Part shown: positions 7,867 through 14,955 of the stretch, in pieces
How positions within the stretch are numbered: the stretch's first letter is position 1
How the letters are laid out: each line of letters begins with the position of its first letter
From: a virus
Virus genome (UHGV): UHGV-0197964
Reading direction: 5' to 3' (one strand)
Length of the DNA: 16,193 nucleotides
Position numbers and translations under genes: made by a program
Notes under the pieces: model-generated
What the model was told of the DNA's origin: nothing
The model's database searches: none
What the model saw: the letters and a program-made list of their open reading frames with translations, nothing else

Positions 7867-8281
7867 GCTTCCATTTTTCACCTCTGCAAATGGCAGCTAT
7901 ATAATTTGGCGTTACTCCATATTTTTTTGATAATGCCCTTGTGTTGAATAAGGGGTGTCTTGGTATATATTCACTAATGATGTTTCTTACATCATCTTCA
8001 GTTAATTTTGCCCTACCATTCCTGCTTCCAAATGCCTGCCTTTTTCTCTCCACCATGTCATTTGCGTTTTGCTGACTTGTCCCAGCACATAAATGAGAAG
8101 GTAAAATACAAGAAGGATTGTCACATGCGTGACGAATTACTAAGCCATCTATATCTTCAAGCTGGATCCCTTTTGCCACACAATAAGCAAATCTATGAGC
8201 AAATACTTTTTTCCCATTAATCCAAACCCTTCCATAACCCTTGCTGTCCTTTAAACCGCCAAATTCCAAACACGGAGTCAT
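7853..8281 (-). CDS. HNH homing-type endonuclease (HNH_3-like)
   Basis: 142 aa; GYGRVWINGKKVFAHRFAY and HACDNPSCILPSHL motifs typical of phage HNH endonucleases; visibly AT-richer than flanks; own RBS 10 nt after the cII stop. Confidence 0.85.
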   Translation of the reverse strand: MTPCLEFGGLKDSKGYGRVWINGKKVFAHRFAYCVAKGIQLEDIDGLVIRHACDNPSCILPSHLCAGTSQQNANDMVERKRQAFGSRNGRAKLTEDDVRNIISEYIPRHPLFNTRALSKKYGVTPNYIAAICRGEKWKHIKK

Positions 8282-8291
8282 AAGACCATCC

Positions 8292-8585
8292 TTAAAAATT
8301 CATGGTTAACTGATTCTCAGCGAAAATATCCGCCGGGCGTTTTTTATTGGTGAGAATCGAAGCAACTTGTCGTGCCAATCGAGCCATGTCGTCGTCAACG
8401 ACGCCCCATTCAAGAACAGCAAGCAGCATTGAGAACTTTGGAATCCAGTCCCTCTTCCACCTGCTGATCTGCGACTTATCAACTCCCACAGCTTCCGCTG
8501 TCTTCTCAGTTCCAAGCATTGCGATTTTGTTAAGCAACGCACTCTCGATTCTTAGAGCCTCGTTGCGTTTGTTTGCACGAACCAT
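8292..8585 (-). CDS. cII: transcriptional activator CII
   Basis: Internal Met of the ORF gives 97 aa, identical to recalled lambda CII through residue ~84, then a divergent 13-aa tail (ADIFAENQLTMNF). Confidence 0.95.
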   Translation of the reverse strand: MVRANKRNEALRIESALLNKIAMLGTEKTAEAVGVDKSQISRWKRDWIPKFSMLLAVLEWGVVDDDMARLARQVASILTNKKRPADIFAENQLTMNF

Positions 8586-8600
8586 ATGTAAGTATTTCCT
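8560..8600 (+). promoter_or_regulatory. pRE-like promoter with CII site TTGC-N6-TTGC
   Basis: TTGCgtttgtTTGC at 8563-8576 on plus strand overlapping the cII start, oriented toward cro/cI as in lambda. Confidence 0.6.
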
Positions 8601-8664
8601 TAGATAACAATTGATTGAATGCATGCAAATAAATGCATACACCATAGGTGTGGTTTAATTTGAT

Positions 8665-8696
8665 GCCCTTTTTCAGGGCTGGGATGTGTAAGAGCT
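8665..8696 (-). promoter_or_regulatory. nutR (boxA-like AGCTCTTA; boxB GCCCTGAAAAAGGGC)
   Basis: BoxB hairpin at 8665-8679 identical to lambda nutR boxB; boxA-like 8689-8696 with one mismatch. Confidence 0.75.
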
Positions 8697-8704
8697 GGAA
8701 TGTC

Positions 8705-8920
8705 TTAAGCGGCTTTGTGTTCCGGCGGGAACACGTCATCAAGACTGACTTTTGCGCCTAACTTGTTTAGGCACTCAACAAGAGCACGGCATGTTTTAAG
8801 GTCTGGGAAGCGACGACCAGATTCCCAATGTCCGATAGCTCCCTGTGTGCATCCAACCGCCTTAGCAAGTGTTGTTTGAGAGATATTCAGTGACTCTCGA
8901 TATTTACGTAGGTTGCTCAT
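8705..8920 (-). CDS. cro: Cro-type repressor (HTH, non-lambda specificity)
   Basis: Internal Met of the 151-aa ORF gives 71 aa with HTH ISQTTLAKAVGCTQGAIGHWESG; GGAGG 4-5 nt upstream; divergent from cI across the operator region. Confidence 0.8.
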   Translation of the reverse strand: MSNLRKYRESLNISQTTLAKAVGCTQGAIGHWESGRRFPDLKTCRALVECLNKLGAKVSLDDVFPPEHKAA

Positions 8921-9037
8921 ATGCCCTCCATAGTAACCATGAGGCAATAATACGATATGTACTTTTGGAATGCAAACAAAAAATACATCTTGTGCATGGA
9001 TGGTTTTAGTACAGAGCGTAATAATAAGGATATGAAA
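8921..9037. promoter_or_regulatory. right operator region (OR / pR / pRM) with candidate operators
   Basis: Divergent cro and cI starts ~115 bp apart; pR candidate -35 TTGCAT and -10 TATTAT (17-bp spacer) on minus strand; site at 8949-8963 matches the OL palindrome 13/15; weaker sites at 8982-8996 and 9008-9022. Confidence 0.6.
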
Positions 9038-9691
9038 ATGAAATGGTATGAACTGGCTAGATCCAGAATGAAAGAGCTCGGCATAACTCAAGAGAAGTTG
9101 GCTGAAGAGCTTGGTATGACGCAGGGTGGAATTGGTCACTGGTTGCGCGGATCTCGTCATCCATCTCTTGACGAGATTGGTGTGGTGTTTAAATACCTTG
9201 GTATTGATAACGTCTCATTCAACCACGACGGTACATTTTCACCTGTTGGCGAATACTCATCTTCCCCCGTTAAAAAACAATATGAGTACCCTGTTTTTTC
9301 TCATGTTCAGGCCGGGATGTTCTCGCCTGAGCTTAGAACCTTTACCAAAGGTGATGCGGAGAGATGGGTCAGCACAACCAAAAAAGCCAGTGATTGTGCG
9401 TTTTGGCTTGAAGTTGAAGGTAATTCCATGACCGCACCAACAGGATCCAAGCCAAGCTTTCCTGACGGGATGTTAATTCTCGTTGACCCTGAGCAGGCTG
9501 TTGAGCCAGGTGATTTCTGCATAGCCAGACTTGGTGGTGACGAGTTTACCTTCAAGAAACTGATCAGGGATAGCGGTCAGGTGTTCCTACAGCCACTAAA
9601 CCCGCAATATCCAATGATTCCATGCAATGATAGCTGTTCCGTAGTAGGGAAAGTTATCGCCAGCCAGTGGCCTGAAGAGACATTTAGTTAA
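9038..9691 (+). CDS. cI: CI repressor, chimeric: heterologous N-terminal HTH domain fused to lambda-type C-terminal cleavage/dimerisation domain
   Basis: From about [21 protein letters not shown] to the end it is near-identical to recalled lambda CI; N-terminal ~90 aa differ; start ATG 9038 chosen over 9032 on SD spacing. Confidence 0.9.
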   Translation: MKWYELARSRMKELGITQEKLAEELGMTQGGIGHWLRGSRHPSLDEIGVVFKYLGIDNVSFNHDGTFSPVGEYSSSPVKKQYEYPVFSHVQAGMFSPELRTFTKGDAERWVSTTKKASDCAFWLEVEGNSMTAPTGSKPSFPDGMLILVDPEQAVEPGDFCIARLGGDEFTFKKLIRDSGQVFLQPLNPQYPMIPCNDSCSVVGKVIASQWPEETFS

Positions 9692-9722
9692 CAGCCTCAC
9701 CACTCTAAAACACACAACAATA

Positions 9723-9751
9723 ACCCGACCTTAGCGTCGGGTTTTCTTTTT
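9723..9751 (+). terminator. intrinsic terminator directly downstream of cI
   Basis: 7-bp perfect stem ACCCGAC/GUCGGGU, 6-nt loop, then UUUUCUUUUU. Confidence 0.65.
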
Positions 9752-9770
9752 CCAAAATATAAACCAATTA

Positions 9771-9852
9771 AATACAAAGCGTTATAAAAAACTAATTATA
9801 TTTAGAACATTTTGTATTGACTCGATAAAGTACAAATCGTACTATTTAGCCA
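9771..9852 (+). promoter_or_regulatory. left operator and pL region
   Basis: Palindrome AGTACaaatcGTACT at 9829-9843 overlapping candidate -10 TACTAT; -35 TTGACT at 9816-9821 (17-bp spacer); downstream ATCAGCAGG matches the lambda pL transcript start; second weaker site 9771-9785. Confidence 0.55.
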
Positions 9853-9884
9853 TCAGCAGGACGCACTGACCACCATGAAGGTGA

Positions 9885-9915
9885 GGCTCTTAAAAATTAA
9901 GCCCTGAAGAAGGGC
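9885..9915 (+). promoter_or_regulatory. nutL (boxA-like GGCTCTTA; boxB GCCCTGAAGAAGGGC)
   Basis: BoxB hairpin at 9901-9915 identical to recalled lambda nutL; boxA-like at 9885-9892. Confidence 0.75.
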
Positions 9916-10113
9916 AGCATTCAAAGCAGAAGGCTTTGGGATTGGATGAATGAGCAGGCTGATGCTCGACCAATGTATAAACAGCGCTCATGGCAAGCAG
10001 TAACCAATCTGCGCCTCAAGACAGCGTCACTGGTAGTGCGGGCGCTCTAACCAGTAAGCCGGGGTTCAGCGCCGGCCATCCAATCACCAAAGCTAACTGA
10101 CAGGAGAATCCAG

Positions 10114-10440
10114 ATGGATGCACAAACACGCCGCCGCGAACGTCGCGCAGAGAAACAGGCTCAATGGAAAGCAGCAAATCCCCTGTTGGTTGGGGTAAGC
10201 GCAAAACCAGTTAACCGCCCTATTCTCTCGCTGAATCGCAAACCGAAATCACGAGTAGAAAGCGCACTGAATCCGATAGACCTTACGGTGCTGGCTGAAT
10301 ACCACGAACAGATTGAAAGCAACCTGCAACGTATTGAGCGCAAGAATCAGCGCACATGGTACAGCAAGCCACGCAGTGAAATGGGTGTGACTTGTGTTGG
10401 TCGCCAGAAAATGAAATTAGGCAGCAAACCACTTATTTGA
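10114..10440 (+). CDS. N: antiterminator N
   Basis: 108 aa near-identical to recalled lambda N over the first ~85 aa, including the arginine-rich motif. Confidence 0.95.
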   Translation: MDAQTRRRERRAEKQAQWKAANPLLVGVSAKPVNRPILSLNRKPKSRVESALNPIDLTVLAEYHEQIESNLQRIERKNQRTWYSKPRSEMGVTCVGRQKMKLGSKPLI

Positions 10441-10448
10441 GGTGAGAT

Positions 10449-10700
10449 ATGGAATTTCATGAAAGTGCGATTTGTGATTTTCGCGCTAACGCAAATTCAG
10501 TAAAACCACAGCCAATTGCAGTTCTTTTTAAAACAATGGGTGCGTGGGCTGTTTTATGCTTCGCCTCTGATGACACTGACGCAAGAATGGCAATAGGCCA
10601 AGAGATGGAGATGGATCCGACAAACGATGAATTCATAATTTATGGCGCTCCATCTAATTACTTACTTGATACCTGCAACATTTACAACAAGGCTGCCTGA
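10449..10700 (+). CDS. hypothetical protein (83 aa)
   Basis: ATG with GAGGTGA upstream, 9 nt after the N stop; no motif recognised. Confidence 0.5.
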   Translation: MEFHESAICDFRANANSVKPQPIAVLFKTMGAWAVLCFASDDTDARMAIGQEMEMDPTNDEFIIYGAPSNYLLDTCNIYNKAA

Positions 10701-10739
10701 TGGTGGCCTTTATTTTTGGCATAAACAACAGAGGCTAAC

Positions 10740-11036
10740 ATGGAATTTAAAGGTACTGAAGGTAAGTGGGAAATAATGATGGATGGCGATGAGATTAAAA
10801 TCATCCAGGCAGACTCACTTGAAAATGGCGCAGGCTGGCGTTCGTATATTGCAATCTGTGAGGAAGTTCAATGCATTGAAGATGCCAATCTAATAGCGGC
10901 AGCACCTGACCTTCTCGAAGCACTTCAGTTATTACTTAAGCAAACCAAAAATAGAACAACGACAACATATCCAGAATGGTATGGAGCTGTTAATAAAGGT
11001 CTTGCAGCAATCAGAAAAGCTCTTGGGGAAGAATGA
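10740..11036 (+). CDS. hypothetical protein (98 aa), contains LIAAAPDLLEAL motif
   Basis: ATG with AGAGG upstream; motif loosely resembles one in Ea22-like phage proteins (uncertain). Confidence 0.5.
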   Translation: MEFKGTEGKWEIMMDGDEIKIIQADSLENGAGWRSYIAICEEVQCIEDANLIAAAPDLLEALQLLLKQTKNRTTTTYPEWYGAVNKGLAAIRKALGEE

Positions 11037-11194
11037 TGAATAAGAAATACATTGTTGAAGTTATAGAGCGAGAAACGAAAGAAGTAATCAAACATTTCGA
11101 ATTTGATAATTATAGAAAAGCTGACCGCGTAGAAGAAGGATTGTTGCGACAAAGTAATCTCGAAAAATTTGATGTTGTCATGCGATGCGAATAA
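11036..11194 (+). CDS. small hypothetical protein (52 aa)
   Basis: ATG overlaps the upstream stop (TGATG); below the ORF-track size cutoff; found by manual translation. Confidence 0.35.
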   Translation: MNKKYIVEVIERETKEVIKHFEFDNYRKADRVEEGLLRQSNLEKFDVVMRCE

Positions 11195-11287
11195 GCGCCT
11201 ATAGCAGATTTACGAGTCTGCTATGTGAGCAATGTCGCTCGTAACTAAACAGGAGCCGACTTGTTCTGATTATTGGAAATCTTCTTT

Positions 11288-11314
11288 GCCCTCCAATGTG
11301 AGGGCGATTTTTTA
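11288..11314 (+). terminator. intrinsic terminator within the early-left operon
   Basis: Stem GCCCUC/GAGGGC with 6-nt loop then GAUUUUUUA, 20 nt before the next gene. Confidence 0.6.
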
Positions 11315-11333
11315 TCTGTGAGGATATGAACAG

Positions 11334-11702
11334 ATGTCAAACATCAAAAAATACATCATTGATTACGACTGGAAAGCATCAATAGAAATTGAAATCGACC
11401 ATGACGTAATGACAGAGGAAAAACTTCACCAGATTAATAATTTCTGGTCAGACTCTGAATACCGACTCAATAAACACGGCGCTGTATTAAATGCTGTATT
11501 AATCATGCTGGCGCAACATGCTCTGCTTATAGCAATTTCGAAAGACTTAAATGCATATGGTGTTGTTTGTGAGTTCGACTGGGATGATGGAAATGGTCAG
11601 GAAGGATGGCCTCCAATGGATGGTAGCGAAGGAATAAGAATTACCGATATCGACACATCAGGAATATTTGATTCAGATGATATGACTATCAAAGCCGCCT
11701 GA
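11334..11702 (+). CDS. strongly acidic hypothetical protein (122 aa)
   Basis: GAGGA 9 nt upstream; by my count ~23 Asp/Glu versus ~9 Lys/Arg, with an acidic C-terminal third. Confidence 0.6.
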   Translation: MSNIKKYIIDYDWKASIEIEIDHDVMTEEKLHQINNFWSDSEYRLNKHGAVLNAVLIMLAQHALLIAISKDLNAYGVVCEFDWDDGNGQEGWPPMDGSEGIRITDIDTSGIFDSDDMTIKAA

Positions 11703-11736
11703 GAGCGTTTTTAAAGAATACAACGAAGGAGGATAT

Positions 11737-12705
11737 ATGAGTGAAGTAACAGATTTAGTTGTTATTGAAAAAGCAAATGCAATGACTGTATTTCAGTCTT
11801 CCGACCAGATTGAAGAAATCCTTCAAAAGGTTGAACGTGAAGTTATGTCCTTTGTGCCTGATATCACAACGGCAAAGGGCAGAAAGGAGATCGCTTCTCT
11901 GGCGTATAAAGTTGCGCAGACGAAAACATATCTCGATGGTCTTGGCAAAGACCTTGTTGCTGAACTGAAGGAAATTCCAAAGCTAATTGATGCCAACCGC
12001 AAGACAGTGCGTGATCGCCTTGATGAGCTGAAAGCCAAGGCACGCCAGCCTCTTACTGATTATGAGGAAGAACAGGCGCGGATTAAAGCCGAAGAAGAAG
12101 CTAAGGCAGCAGCTGAAGCTCTCGCAAAGCAAATTGAGTCTGACCATGAAATAGCGATTTTGATGGATCGCGAATTTGACCGCCAAAGAGAAGAGGCAAG
12201 ACTCAAAGCGGAGCAGGAAAAGCGAGAGCATGAAGAACGATTAAAAAGAGAAGCTGAAGAGAAAGCCAGAGCAGAAGCCGAAGCAAAGGCAAAAGCCGAA
12301 ATTGAAGCAGCAGCAAGGCGAGAAGCAGAAGCTAAGGCCGCAGCAGAACGTGCAGAGCGTGAACGCATTGAAGCCGAGCAACGAGCACAGCGCGAAGCAA
12401 AAGAGGCAGCAGAACGAGCTGAAAGAGAAAAGCAGGCAGCAATTGAAGCAGAACGCAGAAAAGCACAGGAGGAGGCTGAACAAATCCGTCGCGATGCTGA
12501 AGCAAAAGAGCAAGCCAGAATAGCAGAAGAAAAAAGAATCAAGGACGAAGAAGAGCGTAGAGCAAAGGATAAAGATCACCGGAAAGAAGTAAATAACAAA
12601 ATACTTGCTGACCTTATCAAGGTTGGCGCATCAGAAGATGTTGCTAAAAATATCATAACAGCCATCGTAAAAGGCGAAGTATTCGCAACAAAAATAACCT
12701 ACTAA
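11737..12705 (+). CDS. hypothetical protein (322 aa) with a ~150-aa Glu/Ala/Lys/Arg-rich predicted coiled coil
   Basis: AAGGAGG 11 nt upstream; central EAEAKAKAE / AERAERE low-complexity repeats between globular-looking N- and C-terminal segments. Confidence 0.7.
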   Translation: MSEVTDLVVIEKANAMTVFQSSDQIEEILQKVEREVMSFVPDITTAKGRKEIASLAYKVAQTKTYLDGLGKDLVAELKEIPKLIDANRKTVRDRLDELKAKARQPLTDYEEEQARIKAEEEAKAAAEALAKQIESDHEIAILMDREFDRQREEARLKAEQEKREHEERLKREAEEKARAEAEAKAKAEIEAAARREAEAKAAAERAERERIEAEQRAQREAKEAAERAEREKQAAIEAERRKAQEEAEQIRRDAEAKEQARIAEEKRIKDEEERRAKDKDHRKEVNNKILADLIKVGASEDVAKNIITAIVKGEVFATKITY

Positions 12706-12729
12706 TAAAACCAACATAAGGAACCACCC

Positions 12730-12861
12730 ATGATTTACGCAATCGCGGGAGGCGCTCGCATGGGTGCCTTCCAACTAAATGAATCTTTACTTGAACGAAT
12801 CACCCGTAAATTACGTGACGGATGGAAAAGAGTTGAGGTCTTATTATGCGCAATGAAATAG
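12730..12861 (+). CDS. cIII: CIII-like protein
   Basis: 43 aa found by manual translation; MIYAIAGG...ESLLERITRKLRDGWKR matches the recalled lambda CIII core; AAGGA 8 nt upstream. Confidence 0.75.
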   Translation: MIYAIAGGARMGAFQLNESLLERITRKLRDGWKRVEVLLCAMK

Positions 12862-12998
12862 CCATCAATCACCAGATGCTTCGTGCTGCACAGAACAAAG
12901 CAGTAATAGCCAGATTTATTGGTGATTCAAAAATGTGGCTTGAAGCAAATAAAGCGATGAAATCAGCTATCAACCTTCCGTGGTATCGCAGGAAATGA
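12846..12998 (+). CDS. kil: Kil-like small protein
   Basis: 50 aa by manual translation; IARFIGDSKMWLEA resembles recalled lambda Kil (IATFIGDEKMFREA); overlaps cIII end. Confidence 0.55.
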   Translation: MRNEIAINHQMLRAAQNKAVIARFIGDSKMWLEANKAMKSAINLPWYRRK

Positions 12999-13073
12999 GT
13001 TTTACAGATAACTGGTCAGACGAAGAATTCATTCGTCAGATGAAAGAATTAATCGGTAACGAAGGAGATATTC

Positions 13074-13247
13074 ATGTCACTTGCAACCACAGTGAAGGAG
13101 AGCAAGTTACAGAGACGCATGTACACGCAGAAAGCTCTCTGGTATCGCCATAATGGTGACCGCGAAGGAATGCGGGTATGCCTTAATTTGTCCCGAGTCG
13201 AAGTATTAAATCAGCGTTATTTCCTTGGGCCGTGTCCATTCTGAGGT
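13074..13247 (+). CDS. small basic hypothetical protein (57 aa), positionally equivalent to P22 arf
   Basis: ATG with AAGGAG 8 nt upstream; ends 6 nt before the annealing-protein gene; competes with overlapping 12995-13153 ORF. Confidence 0.4.
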
Positions 13248-13252
13248 GAATT

Positions 13253-13960
13253 ATGGATTTGAACAAATTCGATGAGCCATTCAGCCCTGAAGATATCGAA
13301 TGGCGAATACAGCAAAGCGGTAAAACACGCGATGGCAAGGTGTGGGCTATGGTGCTGGCTTATGTCACGAACCGGGCAATCATGAAACGCCTGGACGATG
13401 TTTGCGGCAAAGCAGGATGGCGCAATGAATACCGCGATATTCCCAACAACGGCGGAGTTGAATGCGGCATATCAATCAAGATTGATTCCGAATGGGTAAC
13501 CAAATGGGATGCTGCTGAAAACACGCAGGTAGAAGCCGTCAAAGGTGGTCGTTCCGGTGCAATGAAGCGTGCTGCCGTTCAGTGGGGAATCGGTCGGTAT
13601 CTGTATAACCTTGAGGAAGGTTTCGCACAAACATCTCTCGATAAAAAGCAGGGGTGGCACAGGGCAAAACTGAAGGATGGAACAGGATTTTACTGGTCCC
13701 CTCCATCGCTGCCGGGATGGGCAATCCCAGCATCAGATAACAAACCATCACCAGAAAATACCAACCAGAAATCTCCATCGGTTGACTGCGAACAAATCCT
13801 GAAAGACTTCAGCGATTATGCGTCAACAGAAACTGACAAGAAAAAACTCATCGAGCGTTATCAGCGTGACTGGCAATTAATGGCTGGCAACGAGGAGGCG
13901 CAGGCTAAATGCGTTCAGGTAATGAACATCAGAGTTAACGAACTAAAACAGGCGGCATAG
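13253..13960 (+). CDS. single-strand annealing protein: Rad52-like N-terminal domain with P22 Erf-like C-terminal domain
   Basis: AMKRAAVQWGIGRYLYN resembles the Rad52-family annealing motif; C-terminal ~55 aa closely match the recalled P22 Erf C-terminus (ETDKKKLIERYQ.DWQL...KCVQVMNIR.NELKQ). Confidence 0.7.
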   Translation: MDLNKFDEPFSPEDIEWRIQQSGKTRDGKVWAMVLAYVTNRAIMKRLDDVCGKAGWRNEYRDIPNNGGVECGISIKIDSEWVTKWDAAENTQVEAVKGGRSGAMKRAAVQWGIGRYLYNLEEGFAQTSLDKKQGWHRAKLKDGTGFYWSPPSLPGWAIPASDNKPSPENTNQKSPSVDCEQILKDFSDYASTETDKKKLIERYQRDWQLMAGNEEAQAKCVQVMNIRVNELKQAA

Positions 13961-14467
13961 ATGGCAAGCAGAGGCGTAAATAAGGTGATTATCCTTGGTC
14001 GGGTAGGACAAGACCCGGAAGTTCGATACTCACCATCAGGAACAGCGTTCGCTAACCTGACAATAGCCACGTCAGAACAATGGCGAGATAAAAATACTGG
14101 CGAGCAAAAGGAATTGACTGAATGGCATCGTGTTGCTGTATCCGGGAAACTGGCTGAGGTCGTGGGGCAGTATGTGAAAAAAGGTGATCAGATTTATTTC
14201 GAGGGAATGCTGAGAACCAGAAAGTGGAAAGACCAGTCAGGGCAAGACCGTTACACAACCGAGGTTCATGTCGGAATTAATGGCGTGATGCAAATGCTTG
14301 GCAGCATTGGCGACAGCAAACAACAAGCAGCCAGCAGGCAATCACAGAAGCCACAGCAGCAATCATCACCAGCACAACACAACGAACCTCCGATGGATTT
14401 TGACGACGATATACCCTTTGCACCAGTAACTCTCCCCTTCCCTCGTCACGCTATTCACGCAATTTAA
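13961..14467 (+). CDS. ssb: single-stranded DNA-binding protein
   Basis: OB-fold N-terminal region ([23 protein letters not shown]), Gln-rich linker and acidic C-terminal tail DFDDDIPF. Confidence 0.9.
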   Translation: MASRGVNKVIILGRVGQDPEVRYSPSGTAFANLTIATSEQWRDKNTGEQKELTEWHRVAVSGKLAEVVGQYVKKGDQIYFEGMLRTRKWKDQSGQDRYTTEVHVGINGVMQMLGSIGDSKQQAASRQSQKPQQQSSPAQHNEPPMDFDDDIPFAPVTLPFPRHAIHAI

Positions 14468-14480
14468 TCAGGAGAAAATC

Positions 14481-14777
14481 ATGCCAGCGCCTCAGTATGG
14501 TGCGGATGACCCGCGCCGCTGTTCCGGCAATTCCGTATCGGAGGTGCTGGATAAATTCAGGAAAAACTACGACCGGATAATGTCGCTACCGCAGGAAACG
14601 AAAGAGGAAAAGGAATTTCGCCATTGTATATGGCTTGCAGAGAAAGAAGAACGCGAGCGAATTTACCAGACATCAATCCGACCATTCCGCAAAGCCACAT
14701 ATACCAACTTCCCTGAATATATCGACCCGCGCCTGCGTAATTACCGCTCACGCTATGGCGCTATCAGTAATGACTGA
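14481..14777 (+). CDS. hypothetical protein (98 aa)
   Basis: ATG 13 nt after ssb stop; no motif recognised. Confidence 0.5.
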   Translation: MPAPQYGADDPRRCSGNSVSEVLDKFRKNYDRIMSLPQETKEEKEFRHCIWLAEKEERERIYQTSIRPFRKATYTNFPEYIDPRLRNYRSRYGAISND

Positions 14778-14787
14778 GGAATTTACC

Positions 14788-14955
14788 ATGAGAGGACTTG
14801 CATACAATCCCGGCATTCTTCCGGCAGAAATGATTATTCGCCAACGCGTAAAGCCAATGCCATCGAGAGAGGAATTGCTTAAGAGAAAGAGTTTCGGTTC
14901 TGTTAACGACAACAGATATCTGAATGCGACGTGGCGCAAAGGAGGCAACCAGTGA
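14788..14955 (+). CDS. small hypothetical protein (55 aa)
   Basis: Internal ATG of the track ORF with GAGGA 7 nt upstream. Confidence 0.4.
   Translation: MRGLAYNPGILPAEMIIRQRVKPMPSREELLKRKSFGSVNDNRYLNATWRKGGNQ

Noticed and set aside
8306-8742. Overlapping ORFs of 70-86 aa on both strands around cII
   Set aside because: Overlap lambda-identical cII, nutR and pRE; plus-strand transcription here is expected to be regulatory, not coding.
8705-9160. Full 151-aa extent of the cro ORF
   Set aside because: The N-terminal 80 codons run across the operator region and cI start; the HTH protein begins at the internal ATG at 8920, which has a GGAGG site.
9126-9555. ORFs of 101 aa (plus) and 82 aa (minus)
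   Set aside because: Nested in or antisense to the cI gene.
10016-10343. Minus-strand ORFs of 62 and 60 aa
   Set aside because: Antisense to the N leader and N gene.
11983-12579. ORFs of 73-160 aa on both strands, Ser/Ala/Cys/Phe-rich
   Set aside because: Alternative-frame and antisense readings of the low-complexity repeat tract of the 322-aa gene.
12995-13153. 52-aa ORF coupled to the kil stop
   Set aside because: Not excluded, but it overlaps the 13074-13247 ORF, which has the much stronger ribosome-binding site; only one is likely real.
13360-13778. Minus-strand ORFs of 60-79 aa
   Set aside because: Antisense to the annealing-protein gene.
14052-14258. 68-aa minus-strand ORF
   Set aside because: Antisense inside ssb.
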